A DNA stretch of 64,000 nt, taken from the NCBI GenBank assembly GCA_038214755.1, contig JBBQRQ010000016.1, forward strand, positions 1 to 64,000. Reading direction: 5' to 3'. This document shows, piece after piece, positions 27,689 to 37,748 of the stretch. Source of the stretch: Verrucomicrobiota bacterium (GTDB lineage: Bacteria; Verrucomicrobiota; Verrucomicrobiia; Limisphaerales; CANJXF01). The translations under genes and the position numbers were made by a program. Positions within the stretch are counted from its first letter, which is position 1. Each line of letters opens with the position of its first letter. A model generated the notes under the pieces. The model was not told where the DNA came from. It ran no database searches and saw only the letters and a program-made list of their open reading frames with translations.

Positions 27689-30058
27689 ATGAAAAATATT
27701 TTAACCCGCCTGTTCGTCATCGCCTTTCTCCTGCTGGCGTTAGTGGTGTCGGCTGCCCCAAAGAAAACAAAAGCGAAAATGGAGAAACCAAAACCAATTG
27801 GCGACAAACCGGACATTTCTCGAATTGAACCGCGCGGGATTCAGCGCGGTGTTGAAACAAAAATAAAGTTGATCGGCACGAATTTGGTCGGACTGGCTGA
27901 GCTAAAATTTTCCAATGAGAAATTAAAAGGAGAAATTCTGGAGGACGATGAGAAGCCAACCGAGGCGTGGCTCAAAGTTACGGCTGCATCGGATTTAACG
28001 CGGGGCGGTTACGAGTTCTCCGCGAAAAATGAAAAAGGTGAAAGCGGTAAAGTGAAACTTTACGTCGATGATTTGCCCCAGGTTTTTGAAAAACCCATGG
28101 ACAAAATTTCCAAACTCCCGGAAATGCCGGCCACGTTCTGGGGCGCGCTCGATCCAATGGCGGACAGCGACGAAATCGAATTTCCAGCGAGTGTCGGACA
28201 AAACCTGGCTTTTGATCTCGCGGCAAAAAGCATTGGTTCCAAGGCAAACGCGATGCTCACGCTGTTTGATGCAAAAGGAAATTTGCTGGCGAGCAATAAT
28301 AGCTTTGACGGTGGCGATCCGTTGCTTACCTACAAATTTTTGGCGGGGGGAATTTATCGACTGAAAATTTCCGATGAAACCCTCGGTGGTTCGGTGGACC
28401 ATTTTTATCGGCTGTCGGTGGGCGAGTTTCCCGAAGTAGTTGGGGTTTTTCCGTTGAGCGTCTCCACCAATTCTGAAGCGGAGGTGCAATTGCTCGGCTA
28501 CAATCTTCCGGCCCAAACGAAACTTAAATTCAAAGCGGAAAAGCCCGGCGAAGTGGAGGTGCCGATTGATTTGGAAAAGTTTCACGCGCGCAAAAACTTC
28601 AAAGTGCTCGTAACCGACGCGATCGAGAACGTTGAAGTCGAACCGAACGATTCCCCAAAGTCCGCCACACCGATGAAAGTGCCCGGCGCAATCGGCGGAC
28701 AAATTTCTTCTCTGACGAAAAATAAATCGGACATGGACCTCTTTCGGTTTGACGCGAAAGCCGGACAAGTCTGGGAGGTTGAAACGATGGCCGCCCGTCG
28801 CGGTTCACCCATCGACACCAGGATTGAAATTTTGCACGCCGACGGAAAGCCCGTCCAACGTTTGCAACTTCAGGCGGTGCGCGATTCTCACATCAATTTC
28901 CGCCCCATCGATGCGCTCAGTCCCGACATTCGCGTCGAGAACTGGATGGAAATGGAGTTGAACGAATTGATGTATTTGCAGGGCGAAGTTTGCAAAATTT
29001 TTCGGATGCCGCAGGGACCCGATTCCGGCTTTCAATTTTATTCGACGGGCGGAAAACGCTTTTGTTATTTCGACACCAGTCCCACCGATCACGCCAATGA
29101 CGAGCCGTGTTACATCGTCGAGCCGCATCCGCCCGGCGCAAAACTGGTGGCGAATGGTTTGCCGGTCTTTCCGCTTTACTACGTGAATGACGACGATGGT
29201 GAGCGCAAACTCGGCAGTGATTCACATCTGCAATTCACCCCGGCGACCGATGGCGCTTATCTGATTCGGGTCAGCGACAGTCGCGGATACAGCGGCGAGC
29301 GTTATGCCTATCGGCTTTCCGTGCGCGAAGCGAAACCGGATTTCACGGTCACGTTGAACGGCGCGAACCCGGCTGTTCCCCCGGGCAGCGGACAGGAATT
29401 TTCTTTCACGGCGGAACGGATCGACGGTTTTGACGGAGAGATTTCTCTGGAGATTTCCGGCGTGCCTGAGGGCTTTATTGTTTCCACGCCTATCGCGATT
29501 CAAGCCGGACATTTCACCGCCAACGGAACGATTTGCGCGGCAACCGACGCGAAAAATCCCGGCGAAAAGTTGGAAATGAAAATCACGGCGACGGCGATGG
29601 TGAATGGCAAAACAGTGGTGAAAGAAGTGAATAGCTTTGGAAAAATTAAGCTCGGCGAGAAACCAAAATTGATCGTCGCGATTGAGCCATACATCGAGAG
29701 CGAAACAAATTTCGTCGAGCGTTCCATTTCTGATCCGCCGTTGGAATTCACGATTACGCCCGGCGAAATTGTCCCGGCTTGGTTGAAAATAAAACGGGCG
29801 GGCCACGACGACCTCGTCACGTTCACCGTCGAAAATCTTCCGCATGGCGTGATCGTGGACAACATCGGTTTGAGCGGCGTCTTGATACCGAAAGGAGAAA
29901 ATGAGCGGCAGATTTTTTTGAAAGCGGCCAAGTGGGTTCCTGAAACGGATCGCTTGGCCTATTGCCAGGCCAAGCAAGCGGGCAACCCCACTTCACACCC
30001 GGTGCTCATCCACATCCGGCGCGCACCTGCCGGGCAAAAAATCAGCGCGTTAAAATAA
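27689..30058 (+). CDS. Exported PPC (pre-peptidase C-terminal) domain protein of DUF1501/DUF1549 clusters
   Basis: Signal peptide, EVEPND, repeated DxDxF...G...NDD...DS modules. Confidence 0.8.
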   Translation: MKNILTRLFVIAFLLLALVVSAAPKKTKAKMEKPKPIGDKPDISRIEPRGIQRGVETKIKLIGTNLVGLAELKFSNEKLKGEILEDDEKPTEAWLKVTAASDLTRGGYEFSAKNEKGESGKVKLYVDDLPQVFEKPMDKISKLPEMPATFWGALDPMADSDEIEFPASVGQNLAFDLAAKSIGSKANAMLTLFDAKGNLLASNNSFDGGDPLLTYKFLAGGIYRLKISDETLGGSVDHFYRLSVGEFPEVVGVFPLSVSTNSEAEVQLLGYNLPAQTKLKFKAEKPGEVEVPIDLEKFHARKNFKVLVTDAIENVEVEPNDSPKSATPMKVPGAIGGQISSLTKNKSDMDLFRFDAKAGQVWEVETMAARRGSPIDTRIEILHADGKPVQRLQLQAVRDSHINFRPIDALSPDIRVENWMEMELNELMYLQGEVCKIFRMPQGPDSGFQFYSTGGKRFCYFDTSPTDHANDEPCYIVEPHPPGAKLVANGLPVFPLYYVNDDDGERKLGSDSHLQFTPATDGAYLIRVSDSRGYSGERYAYRLSVREAKPDFTVTLNGANPAVPPGSGQEFSFTAERIDGFDGEISLEISGVPEGFIVSTPIAIQAGHFTANGTICAATDAKNPGEKLEMKITATAMVNGKTVVKEVNSFGKIKLGEKPKLIVAIEPYIESETNFVERSISDPPLEFTITPGEIVPAWLKIKRAGHDDLVTFTVENLPHGVIVDNIGLSGVLIPKGENERQIFLKAAKWVPETDRLAYCQAKQAGNPTSHPVLIHIRRAPAGQKISALK

Positions 30059-30150
30059 ATTGGAGCGCCAGCGTGTGCCGTCCTCGCCCAGCCGCCGCCC
30101 GTTCAGCGTGCGCGGCGGGTGATCAAGACGACATCGCCGCCCTCCGAACC

Positions 30151-30927
30151 TTACCCTCGCGTTATCATCCACGCGCCCCAGGCCGCGAAAAAGATGCCCA
30201 CCGCTTTTCCAACGAACAAACTTTTCGGCGCAACTTTTTCCAGCAGCACGAAAATCGAGAGGATTGCAATCCACCAGATATTCATCACGCCGGCCACGAA
30301 CAACAGCGCCATCAGAAACCAGCAACAACCGGCGCAATACGCTCCGTGTTTTACCCCCATGGCCAGTGCGCCGAATTTTCCTTCGCGCCAATCGCCCATC
30401 AGAAAACTCAGCGGAGAACGGCAGTGGGCGAGGCAGGCGTTCTTCAATGGCGTCCATTGAAAAATTCCGGCGATGATGAGCAACGCGCCACCGAGAATCG
30501 GACTCGTGCTCACCATCGTTGGCGAAAGCAAAGCCTTCGCGTGCAGAATCCATTGCGCAATGGCGGCCAGCGCGCTGAAGCCAGTCCACACGACGAGATA
30601 GCCCAGCAAAAAAATTCCTGTCGGCACGAATAGGTGTTCTTGCGCGCGACGTTTTCGTTGAACCATCGCGAACGTCAGAATCATCGGCGCGGCGGAGGGA
30701 ATCATCATCGCCACCATCATTTCAGCCCACATGAGAAAAAGTGGAATGAGTGTTGCGGTTGACCACGCGCTCGTGTCCGGCCCGGACATTTTCATCCCCG
30801 CGCAAGAGCAGACGCCGGTGAGATTCATGGTTCGCGCTTCGCGGATCATGTAGCCCCATCCCAGCAATGTGATGCTGGCCAGCACGGCGATGATAATGAC
30901 GCGGTCGCGTTTGAGAATGGCTTCCAT
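30151..30927 (-). CDS. DUF2182 predicted metal-binding membrane protein
   Basis: MMVAMMIPSAAP, QWTPLKNACLAHCRSP and YCAGCCWFLM motifs. Confidence 0.9.
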   Translation of the reverse strand: MEAILKRDRVIIIAVLASITLLGWGYMIREARTMNLTGVCSCAGMKMSGPDTSAWSTATLIPLFLMWAEMMVAMMIPSAAPMILTFAMVQRKRRAQEHLFVPTGIFLLGYLVVWTGFSALAAIAQWILHAKALLSPTMVSTSPILGGALLIIAGIFQWTPLKNACLAHCRSPLSFLMGDWREGKFGALAMGVKHGAYCAGCCWFLMALLFVAGVMNIWWIAILSIFVLLEKVAPKSLFVGKAVGIFFAAWGAWMITRG

Positions 30928-30974
30928 TGAAACCTGTAGCGGCGTCCGCCGCCTTTTGAAATGGAAGAGCGATA

Positions 30975-31176
30975 CGCTCTCAGCCGGAACGATTCAGTTA
31001 AATTCACACGCGATGCGGCCGGAGCGCGGAATTTATTCCGCTTCAACTCGATTGCCACCCGCAAGCATCGAACCCCAATTGGTTTGCCGCGTCGAAGCGG
31101 ACTAAAGTCCGCGCTCCTCTCGAACCGCAGTCCCCGTTCCGCGCATTTCTCGACTGCATCGTTCCGGCTCAGAGCG
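30975..31176. repeat. Nested palindromic element
   Basis: 19-bp IR CGCTCTCAGCCGGAACGAT / ATCGTTCCGGCTCAGAGCG (1 mismatch) enclosing a GGAGCGCGGAATTTATTCCGC doublet. Confidence 0.75.
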
Positions 31177-31186
31177 ACACTCCATT

Positions 31187-31801
31187 TCAATTCGAGTATT
31201 TGATCTGGGTCACAAATCCTGCCTTGTTCGGCCAGGAAAATTTCAATTCGCCTGCCTTCACACTCATCGTCGCGGCGGACACGCATTCCGCCTCCTTGAA
31301 CATAAATCCCGTCGCGTGCTCAATGCGCACAGACTCCGGTTCGCCCGTCACAGGATTCCTGATCGGCGCCGCCGCGACATTCATGGCGTCGCCCACCTCG
31401 ACGCTGCTGTTGCGTCCGTTGAAGTTGAATTTGAACCGCACATATTGTGGCTCCAAAATTTTGGAAAACGTCGTGACGATGATTTCAAATGGCAATCCGC
31501 CCGCCTCACCGTTGCTGATTTTCATGAGCGCATCGCGCTGGGCTTGATCGGCGCGCTCGTCGAAGAACAGGCACGCCGTGCCATTGCCTTCGTGAATCGC
31601 TTTCGGCCAGCGCGCGGCAAAACCAAAACCGAGGCCATCCAATTTCACGTCGCCGTAATTGCCGCGATTGATTTGCCATGCCCCCATCCCTTCGCAAAAT
31701 CCTTTGGTGGGTGGCGCGGAGAATTCACAGGGACAGCCATAGTCGCAATTGCAGGCCTGGAGATAATCGGCCTCGATATTCCATTTTACTTTGGTGTTCA
31801 T
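31187..31801 (-). CDS. DUF1326 domain protein
   Basis: QACNCDYGCPC, CEG and IHEGNG motifs; the usual partner of DUF2182. Confidence 0.9.
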   Translation of the reverse strand: MNTKVKWNIEADYLQACNCDYGCPCEFSAPPTKGFCEGMGAWQINRGNYGDVKLDGLGFGFAARWPKAIHEGNGTACLFFDERADQAQRDALMKISNGEAGGLPFEIIVTTFSKILEPQYVRFKFNFNGRNSSVEVGDAMNVAAAPIRNPVTGEPESVRIEHATGFMFKEAECVSAATMSVKAGELKFSWPNKAGFVTQIKYSN

Positions 31802-31962
31802 AGATCTTCCTGGTTAGTTGGTTGGCGGCTCGCATCCTGTGCTTCGGGCCGAAAAGGTTCAATAGATTTCTGGCCTTGAGAAAAATTCCGAAGGACTATT
31901 TTGCGCGCCTGCCTGTCTGAAAACGGCAGAGCCGCCGACAAGACGAAACGGATTTTGCAACT

Positions 31963-32275
31963 GTAGCCGCCGACGTGAGAAGGCGGATTTTGCAACCGAG
32001 ACAACCCAAATCTTCCGGGGTGTGATTAAAAGCGGGTGAGGCGGGAACCGATCTTATTTTGGATTGCGGGGACAAGTCCCCGCTTTGGCTGCACGGTGGA
32101 AGAGCGGGGAAGGTCCCTATTGAGCACTTTCTCCATCGCGTAACGTGCAGGAAAAGCGGCGCCATGCCGCCGCAGTCCACGGAACCCAAATCCCGCCTCA
32201 CCCGGTTTCAATCACACCCGCGAACCCCTGCAGGTTGAAAACCGGCGAGACGGCAGCTTGCAAAGCTGCGCTACG
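31963..32275. repeat. REP cluster including a GGGTGTGATT-bounded element (about 32018-32219)
   Basis: GGGTGTGATTAAAAGCGGGTGAGGCGGGA / TCCCGCCTCACCCGGTTTCAATCACACCC encloses a TGGA(T/C)TGCGG REP pair. Flanking units match 8978 and 26164-26298. Confidence 0.75.
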
Positions 32276-32341
32276 TCGGTTGGGCCCGCGTCCGCTTCCA
32301 AATCGTCGCGAAAATAAAACGGAAATGTTAACAACCTGCGC

Positions 32342-32369
32342 TTGCCACGATAGAGAAAACTCGTAGATT
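32342..32369 (+). promoter_or_regulatory. Putative sigma70 promoter of the pseudopilin/surface-protein operon
   Basis: TTGCCA-16 nt-TAGATT upstream of ATG 32427. Confidence 0.4.
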
Positions 32370-32426
32370 ACTTTCGCTTGAGGAGACAAGCTGGCCAAAA
32401 AAAATTCCTGCAAGACAACCAGTCAT

Positions 32427-33206
32427 ATGCAAAAAAAAATCCTGCTTGGTAAAAAGGCTTTTACGCTGATCGAATTGCTCGTCGTCATCGCCATCATCGC
32501 GATCCTGGCGGGATTGCTGTTGCCGGCGTTGGCCAAGGCGAAAGCCAAAGCTCAATCCATCACGTGTCTGAACAATTTAAAACAATGGGGTTTGGGATTC
32601 AGAATGTATGCGGATGATAACAGGGATGCCGTGCCTGAAGAGGGGAACACGCTTGCCGCTATCGATGATCCGGCCAACGTGGACGCCTGGTATAATGGCG
32701 TTGCCCCGCTGATTGGCCAGCAGCCCCTGACCAATTTTTATCTCGCGAGTCCGCGTAATCCGCCTTTGCCAGGAACGAAAACGATTTTTTCATGTCCGAG
32801 TTGCGCTGAACCTAACAATACTTACAAGAAACCGCCCGATTCGGCGCGCGCATTTTTTATGTACGGAGAGAATGGTCGCCTGTGCGTCAATAAATCAACC
32901 CGCGCCGCGGGACTCGGTCAGACCAAGCTTTCCAATATCAAGAAGGTCACTGATACAATTTTCATTGCGGAAGTAGATCCGAATTCCAGCGCTAATACTT
33001 CTCCCGCCCAATCGAATGTGACAGGACAGTACGCGGTGGGTCGCCACGGAGGGGGCAGGGGGAACTTCGCGATGTGCGATGGAAGCGCGCGGCCAGCGCG
33101 AACGAATGAGTTTATTCGCACCCAAGCCGAGTCCAACAGCGGCATCGAAGAATGGAAGATAAACCGGACAATTTATTGGTATCCGTCGGCTGACACCCAG
33201 AATTAA
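32427..33206 (+). CDS. Prepilin-type N-terminal cleavage/methylation protein with H-X9-DG-type C-terminal motif
   Basis: [48 protein letters not shown]. Confidence 0.92.
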   Translation: MQKKILLGKKAFTLIELLVVIAIIAILAGLLLPALAKAKAKAQSITCLNNLKQWGLGFRMYADDNRDAVPEEGNTLAAIDDPANVDAWYNGVAPLIGQQPLTNFYLASPRNPPLPGTKTIFSCPSCAEPNNTYKKPPDSARAFFMYGENGRLCVNKSTRAAGLGQTKLSNIKKVTDTIFIAEVDPNSSANTSPAQSNVTGQYAVGRHGGGRGNFAMCDGSARPARTNEFIRTQAESNSGIEEWKINRTIYWYPSADTQN

Positions 33207-33215
33207 AAAAAGAAA

Positions 33216-35378
33216 ATGAAAACCATGAAAAATATTCTCATCACCTTCGGTCTTCTGATTGCCTCTGCAATGGGCGTCCACGCAACCGTGGTCTTCAGCG
33301 ATTCGTTCAGTTACGCCGACGGCCCGTTGACGGCGGTATCGGCAGGCATCTGGTCTGCCCATAGCAGTTCAGGAGGAATCTTTGTGACCAACCAACAGCT
33401 CCAGGTGACTTCTTCGTTAAGCGAAGATGACAATGCTCTTCTGGCCGGACAACCTTACACCACCAATAGTCCAACGGTTTTATATTCTGCTTTTAAAGTG
33501 ACGTTCACCGCATTGCCTAATGCGGCTGGAGCTTACTTCGCCCATTTCAAAGATACCAATTCTGGCGCGGCCACCGGATTTGGCGCGCGGGTTTGGGCCA
33601 GCGCAACCAATGCCATCGATAACACCGCCGTTCCTGCCGGCACTTTCCGATTGGGCGTGGGCAATGGCGCTAACGCCAACGCGGCCAGCGGCCAGTTGAC
33701 CAACCAATTAACCACCAATGTCACTTACATCGTCGTAACACGGTTCGTGCCCTCGACTGGTCTGGCGACTATTTGGCTGAACCCTTCGGCGGAATCCGAT
33801 CCGAGTGTTACGGCAACGGATGCCGGCACCACTGCTCGAACCAATCAAATTGATGTAGTGGCTTATGCCTTTCGCCAGAACGCGGGCGAAGGCACGATGC
33901 TGATCGATGATTTGAAAGTAAGCACGGTGTTCAATGATATTGCCGGGGCAAATACATCCCCCTCTATTTCATCAATTGCTAATCGAAACACCGCCGCGAA
34001 CACTCCGACGAGCATTCAATTTACCGTTTCTGATGCAGAGACAAACGCGAATTTCTTAACGGTGTCGGGCAACTCATCCAATACGAATTTGGTTCCGACC
34101 AACAATATTGTTTTCAGCGGGAGTGGAGGCAGCCGCATTGTAACGATTACTCCGGCGAGCGGCCAACAAGGTTCAACGGTGATCAGTATTTCCGTATCCG
34201 ACGGAGTCAATGTAACGACAACGCCATTTACTTTGACCGTCGGCGCACCGAGTGTTTCGGCGATTGCCAATCAGATCACATCATCCAATCAGGCGGTGAC
34301 TATCACTTTTACGGTGGGTGATACGGAAGGGGATAGTTTGACCATTTCCACGACTTCCTCCGATACGAACCTCGTGCCCAATGCGAACATTGTGGTCAGC
34401 GGCACTGGGACAACCCGTTCGATGACGGTGACGCCGGCTACGGGATTGACGGGGAATACAACGATCACTGTGGCGGTGTCGGACGGCTTCAATACGAACC
34501 GAACCAGTTTCGTCCTGACGGTCAAGGTGTTGTTGGGATTGATCTTCTTCGATGATTTTAGTTACCCGGATGGATCACTCTTCGCCAACAGTGTCGTTTG
34601 GCACACCCATAGCGGGACCGCATCGCAACTCCAGGTCAGCAATGGTGTAGCCATCGTGAGCAGTTTGTTGGGCGAAGATGTGAATGCGAACTTGACCAAT
34701 CAGCCGTTCGCCTCCACCAACGGCGTGATTTTATACTGTAGCTTTATTTTAAGTAACAGTCTGCTTCCGTCGGCGAGCGGCAATTATTTCTTACATTACA
34801 AGGATGCCACCACCACATTTCGGGCAAAAGTTTTTGCCAGCACAGCCAATGCGGTCCCGGGCTTTTTTCGATTAGGCATCAATAACACGGGCAACAATGT
34901 TACGGCGGCCGATCAATTCCCCTTGGAGTTAACTACCAATAAGACCTATACCCTTGTCACTCGCTATAATGTTGGAACTGGAGAAACTCGTCTCTGGGTA
35001 AATCCCAATTCAGAAGCGGATCCAAGTGTTGCTGCCACGGATACGCCAATCACGTCCACTATCACCGCAATCGCTTTGCGGGAAGATACTGGATTGGGCA
35101 TTGAGAACATCGATAATTTAAAAGTCGGCACCTCTTATACGGATGTCATGACGGTGACGAACGTCGTGCAGCCTGCACTTTTCGTTTCCAAATCCGGCAG
35201 TAGTGTTCAGCTTGCCTGGACGACGAACGCGGTCGGATACGTTTTGGAAAGCACGCCGAGTCTTTCTCCACCGATTACCTGGACGCCCGTTGGCCAAACA
35301 CCGACTGTCGTGGGCACCAACAACGTTGTGACCCTCACGAGTCCGACGAATAATGCCTTCTTCCGGCTGAGGAAATAG
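33216..35378 (+). CDS. Exported Thr/Asn-rich protein: duplicated beta-sandwich domain, two cadherin/Ig-like repeats, FxRL C-terminal domain
   Basis: Signal peptide; FSDSFSYADG...WSAHS versus FFDDFSYPDG...WHTHS duplication; two FTVxDxE...SSxTNLVP...TP...VSDG repeats; ends FFRLRK. Confidence 0.8.
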   Translation: MKTMKNILITFGLLIASAMGVHATVVFSDSFSYADGPLTAVSAGIWSAHSSSGGIFVTNQQLQVTSSLSEDDNALLAGQPYTTNSPTVLYSAFKVTFTALPNAAGAYFAHFKDTNSGAATGFGARVWASATNAIDNTAVPAGTFRLGVGNGANANAASGQLTNQLTTNVTYIVVTRFVPSTGLATIWLNPSAESDPSVTATDAGTTARTNQIDVVAYAFRQNAGEGTMLIDDLKVSTVFNDIAGANTSPSISSIANRNTAANTPTSIQFTVSDAETNANFLTVSGNSSNTNLVPTNNIVFSGSGGSRIVTITPASGQQGSTVISISVSDGVNVTTTPFTLTVGAPSVSAIANQITSSNQAVTITFTVGDTEGDSLTISTTSSDTNLVPNANIVVSGTGTTRSMTVTPATGLTGNTTITVAVSDGFNTNRTSFVLTVKVLLGLIFFDDFSYPDGSLFANSVVWHTHSGTASQLQVSNGVAIVSSLLGEDVNANLTNQPFASTNGVILYCSFILSNSLLPSASGNYFLHYKDATTTFRAKVFASTANAVPGFFRLGINNTGNNVTAADQFPLELTTNKTYTLVTRYNVGTGETRLWVNPNSEADPSVAATDTPITSTITAIALREDTGLGIENIDNLKVGTSYTDVMTVTNVVQPALFVSKSGSSVQLAWTTNAVGYVLESTPSLSPPITWTPVGQTPTVVGTNNVVTLTSPTNNAFFRLRK

Positions 35379-35396
35379 TTCGCCTAAATCGATCTG

Positions 35397-35436
35397 AAAA
35401 GGACGGCATGCCAGTGCCGTCTTTTTATTTTTTTTC
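35397..35436 (+). terminator. Intrinsic terminator
   Basis: GACGGCA-6 nt-TGCCGTC stem followed by a T tract. Confidence 0.75.
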
Positions 35437-35588
35437 AGCGCCTCCTACCGGGTCGAAAAGAAAAATCACGACGTGATCTGGAACATTCACCGCTGATCGC
35501 GTTCCGCCAGTTCGAGCGCGGATGTCTTTTTCATGAATCAACCGCCCAAGCATTGACGTTTTTGCGGGCCGCGTGACAAACTCGCCAC

Positions 35589-36908
35589 ATGAGCGGGAGC
35601 GACATTTCACCCATTCTCGTTTGTATCGGCGGGCCGGACCTCGGCAAACGTCTCGCCCTCGCCGAGCGCGCCGCGACGATTGGCCGTTCCGCTTCCTGCG
35701 AAGTCGCGAGCGATGATCCTGATGTGAGCGAACGTCACGCCACAATTTTTTTGCGGAACAATCAGCCCGCGTTTTCTACGACGGAAAATGCCGCCGTTTT
35801 CGTCGATGGCCAACGCGTGACGGAAGGTTCCATTCTGCCGCGACAGCAACTCCGCATTGGCCGTTCGCTCTGGCAATTGTCGGATGTCGCCGGCGCAAAA
35901 GATTTTTCCTCCTTTCTCGGCAGCATCGGCGACCGCATCAGCGAAGTTGCGGGCGTGGAAAAAATCGAGGGCTTCAGTCCCACCTCGATGTTCTCCGAGG
36001 TCTTTCGCAAACGCACTGACGAAGAGATGGAGCATTACTTCGCCGCCGGCACGCCCTTGACCACGCCGCCGTTGAGCGAAGTCGATACGAACTGGCCCAA
36101 GCCTTGGTTGTTCCTTAAAATTTTCATCCTGGCCGCGTTCGTCTATGTCGGCTTCGTTTTTGCCTTCAACCAATTTCACAATCCGATTTTGATTCCGGGT
36201 CTGCTCACGATTGGCGCGTTTGTCATCCCCTTTTCGCTGCTGATTTTCTTTTTTGAAATCAATGTGCTGCGCAACGTTCCGCTCTATCAAATTTTCAAGC
36301 TCTTGTTTCTGGGCGGAATTTTGTCCGTCATCCTTTCGCTGTTTTTATTTCGCTGGACGCATTTGCATGATTGGCTGGGCGCCATGAGCGCGGGCATCGT
36401 CGAGGAAGCCGGAAAAGGCGCCGCGCTTTTTCTCGTGATCAACAAATTGAAATATCGCTGGACGCTGAATGGCATGTTGTTTGGCGCGGCGATTGGCGCG
36501 GGCTTCGCGTCATTTGAATCGGCGGGCTACGCGTATTTGGATAGCGATTATGGGAGCGACGCCATGTTGCACAGCATCACGCAACGCGGGATTCTCAGCA
36601 TTTTTGGCGGACATGTTTTGTGGACGGCGCTGGTCGGTGGCGCGTTGTGGCGCGTGCGCGGGGCGGAAAAATTTCATTGGGAAATGCTCAAGGATATTCG
36701 CTTCTTGCGCGTCTATGCGTTGTGCGCGGGAATGCACATGATTTGGAATTCGCCGTTGCGACTTCCCTTGTTTCTAAAATACATCGCGCTCGGTTTCGTG
36801 GCGTGGGTGGCGTTGCTCAGTTTTATTCAATCGGGCTTGCGGCAGATTCGCGCGGCGCAGGCGACGGGTGCAACGGAGTATTTTCAGAGGCAGAAATTAC
36901 AAATCTGA
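35589..36908 (+). CDS. FHA domain-PrsW family intramembrane glutamic protease fusion
   Basis: FHA motifs IGR...VSERHA...FVDG; PrsW motifs VEEAGK, GFASFES and HMIWN; multiple TM helices. Confidence 0.85.
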   Translation: MSGSDISPILVCIGGPDLGKRLALAERAATIGRSASCEVASDDPDVSERHATIFLRNNQPAFSTTENAAVFVDGQRVTEGSILPRQQLRIGRSLWQLSDVAGAKDFSSFLGSIGDRISEVAGVEKIEGFSPTSMFSEVFRKRTDEEMEHYFAAGTPLTTPPLSEVDTNWPKPWLFLKIFILAAFVYVGFVFAFNQFHNPILIPGLLTIGAFVIPFSLLIFFFEINVLRNVPLYQIFKLLFLGGILSVILSLFLFRWTHLHDWLGAMSAGIVEEAGKGAALFLVINKLKYRWTLNGMLFGAAIGAGFASFESAGYAYLDSDYGSDAMLHSITQRGILSIFGGHVLWTALVGGALWRVRGAEKFHWEMLKDIRFLRVYALCAGMHMIWNSPLRLPLFLKYIALGFVAWVALLSFIQSGLRQIRAAQATGATEYFQRQKLQI

Positions 36909-36955
36909 GGGGCATCCATATAGAAGACGTTTAACGCAAAGACGCTACGGCAAAA

Positions 36956-37180
36956 TTAATCGCCGTTGCTGGTTGCATCTGACGTCACCACCGCACTGAT
37001 CATCAATCCTGACAAGATGGAGACGAGTCCTTCATCGTCCGAAATTACTACCCGCCCGCCTGACGGTGGAAGATAAATGTGATCAATCGTCGGCACAGGA
37101 TATTCGCGACCATCAGCCGTGCGCACAAAAAACGGAATAAACGGTGTGGTCGCCAGATGTTTGCGGATGTCGCCGGTCAT
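36956..37180 (-). CDS. Small conserved hypothetical protein (PFxPF...DGRxY type)
   Basis: 74-aa ORF with PFIPFFVRTADGREYPVP, a motif I associate with small PVC proteins. Confidence 0.55.
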   Translation of the reverse strand: MTGDIRKHLATTPFIPFFVRTADGREYPVPTIDHIYLPPSGGRVVISDDEGLVSILSGLMISAVVTSDATSNGD

Positions 37181-37278
37181 GGAATGAAGCTAGACGAAAC
37201 GTTGAATGGGCGCAAGGAATCCGAGGATGGATTCCGAATATGAGATTTTTCGCCAAAATTTTGAGAAGGAAAAAAAAT

Positions 37279-37454
37279 AACCCCACCGTAATGCCGTGGC
37301 CACAGTTCCTTTGAACTTAAGTGAAACAGTGGAACCCAATCGGCGGCTTTCGACTTCCAGTCAAGGCCTGTCGGCCGCACAGCGAAGGCAAGGTTCCGTT
37401 ATTTGTTTAATTACGGTCCAAGGATTTGTTTCTGAACACGAACATGGCAGGGTT
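37279..37454 (-). ncRNA. ssrS: 6S RNA
   Basis: Minus strand folds as a rod: AACCCTGCC-ATGTTCGTG pairs with CACGGCAT-GGTGGGGTT, CCTTGGAC with GTTCAAAGG, then an A-rich central bubble and GGAACC/GGTTCC. Conserved 6S words ATGTTCG, GTTCAA.GG and GGCAT; about 176 nt; followed by a T run. Confidence 0.8.
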
Positions 37455-37595
37455 AAAATCCTGAAATTTTCTGGCAAAGAACTTTTGCGCGGCTCCATTT
37501 TCCTCGCGCTTCGATGGAGAAATTTATGGCGTAAAATTTACTTTCTCTCAAGCTTAAACTTTGAATTTTTGGAAAATGTTTTTCCGCGAAGACAT

Positions 37596-37741
37596 CTCAT
37601 TAACACCCTGCTTTAGCTGGGTGGTCAGGGTGCGAAAAGTTTTTAACCGTTTTAACGGTTTTTCGCCCGCAACCGAAACCATTAAAACGGTTAAATCATT
37701 TCACGTCATCTCAGCACCCAGTTGAAGCAGGGTGTTAATGA
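37596..37741. repeat. Family A palindromic element (third copy)
   Basis: CTCATTAACACCCTGCTTTAGCTGGGTG, an AACCGTTTTAACGGTT pair, then CACCCAGTTGAAGCAGGGTGTTAATGA. Confidence 0.85.
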
Positions 37742-37748
37742 AAAATCA

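Noticed and set aside
35425..35540. Minus-strand peptide ...AVNVPDHVVIF resembling an HUH (IS200/RAYT) fragment
   Set aside because: It lacks the second His, is too short and has no credible start; at best an unprovable remnant.
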